Shown here piece after piece: positions 62,922 through 64,000 of a DNA stretch of 64,000 bases (position 1 is the first letter of the stretch; every line of letters begins with the position of its first letter). Source of the stretch: the human T2T-CHM13v2.0 reference genome, Homo sapiens; contig CP068257.2 of assembly GCA_009914755.4 (NCBI GenBank), forward strand, positions 22,560,001-22,624,000, given 5' to 3'. Both the position numbers and the translations under genes were made by a program. The notes beneath the pieces were generated by a model, which was given only the letters and a program-made list of their open reading frames with translations, had not been told where the DNA came from and made no database searches.

Positions 62922-64000
62922 AACAGCTTTGATCCAACTTATTTGGATGAATGAGTTACATATTTTACATTAAATCTGTTATTGTGATAATTCTTCATGT
63001 TATTTTCCATGTATAGATTTATATATAATGTAATTTTAATTTTTTTTCACCGGAGAGTATAAACAACAATTATTTTATAAACAGGATAATAAAAATAAGA
63101 CAAAAATTGTTGAAATGTCTTCATTTGACTACTAACTTTTTACATGTTTGTTACTTTGAAGCTGTTATCAATACTTGTGATGTATTACAATTAAGTAAAG
63201 ATTTAAAGATGCCATTTTTAACTTATTATGACACAAAGTCTATAAATTCTTATATTTTGAGATTTGTATTTAAATAACTTGTGAAATTTAATTTTAAAAT
63301 AAAATTTCTTCTATGGATTGGTCTTCAATCGAGGCATAAAAAGGAATATAACAGTGTGGCACTATAACTTCTATATTGAATTTCTATATTATTTAACACA
63401 ATTATAATTTTGCTAATGAATTGTAATGTTTTTAAAAAGCTAGGTGAATTTTATTAAATTCATTACATGGCGATAACACAGAGAAAACATTTTGGGGATT
63501 CTTTTAAAATGGTATGTACAAAAGCTTAAAAGTTGTTATGTAGTGGCAGAGATAAAAAAGTAAAACAAAAAAAAGCTTAAAAGTTTGCTTTACTATTTAT
63601 AGGCTCATAAGTGTAAGTGTGCCAGAAAATGAAAAAGAAAGGAGAGAAATTATAAATAACTGTGTGGAAAACACAGATAAAGCATAAAGATAGAATATAA
63701 AGATAGAAGCATTTTAATATGAGGCAGTGATGGCTTTTTGAAGAATCCCAACTAAGGACCTACTTTTAGTTAATAAATAATATGTTTCTAATCCCTATAT
63801 TGTCCACAGCAACCTTTTTAGGACATGGAGCAGTGACTATGAGTGCCAGAAGGCAAGAGTAGAAGCAATTGTAAAATCATGAACACTAGTTTGTAAAATC
63901 CTCACTGAGATATAATATCTGTTTGCCTCTACCTTAGAATTATTAATGTCTTGAGGGCTGGGACTATGTCTGTTTCCCTCATACACAGCACTAATCCTGG

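Overview
This window is human (catarrhine primate) nuclear DNA. It is AT-rich, roughly 62-65% A+T by eye, and built almost entirely from interspersed repeats; it is not a prokaryotic locus. The following are recognisable directly from the sequence.

- **Alu:** at least 13 Alu/Alu-monomer copies, several AluY-like with long poly-A tails.
- **LINE-1:** multiple fragments in both orientations. Some are ancient L1M-type and some younger L1PA-type. One is a young L1 nested inside an old L1, and one is a twin-priming (5'-inverted) L1 with target-site duplications.
- **LTR elements:** ERVL-MaLR LTRs. One is split by a solo ERV9-type LTR12 that still carries its ATTGG/CCAAT subrepeats and a CpG-rich 3' half. 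A second ERV-type solo LTR lies inside an antisense L1.
- **Other repeats:** a half MADE1 (Hsmar1) MITE; many microsatellites ((GT)n, (CA)n, (GATA)n, (TA)n); a 213-bp polypurine GGAA/GA tract.

I see no rRNA/tRNA gene, CRISPR array, operon or convincing protein-coding exon. Essentially every ORF in the supplied track is a translation artefact of Alu, L1, LTR or microsatellite sequence. I therefore do not claim a novel 'system' in the prokaryotic sense. The signals most worth a second look are:

1. the structurally intact LTR12 with promoter-like architecture and a consensus splice donor at its 3' edge;
2. young structural events on top of old repeats: a 99%-identical 213-bp tandem duplication, a nested L1 with TSDs, and a twin-primed L1;
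3. a compound microsatellite flanked by a perfect 26-bp inverted repeat, and the polypurine H-DNA-type tract;
4. two short non-repeat segments that retain CpGs, one of which looks weakly exon-like.

All coordinates are approximate to within about 5-10 bp, because boundaries were placed by eye.
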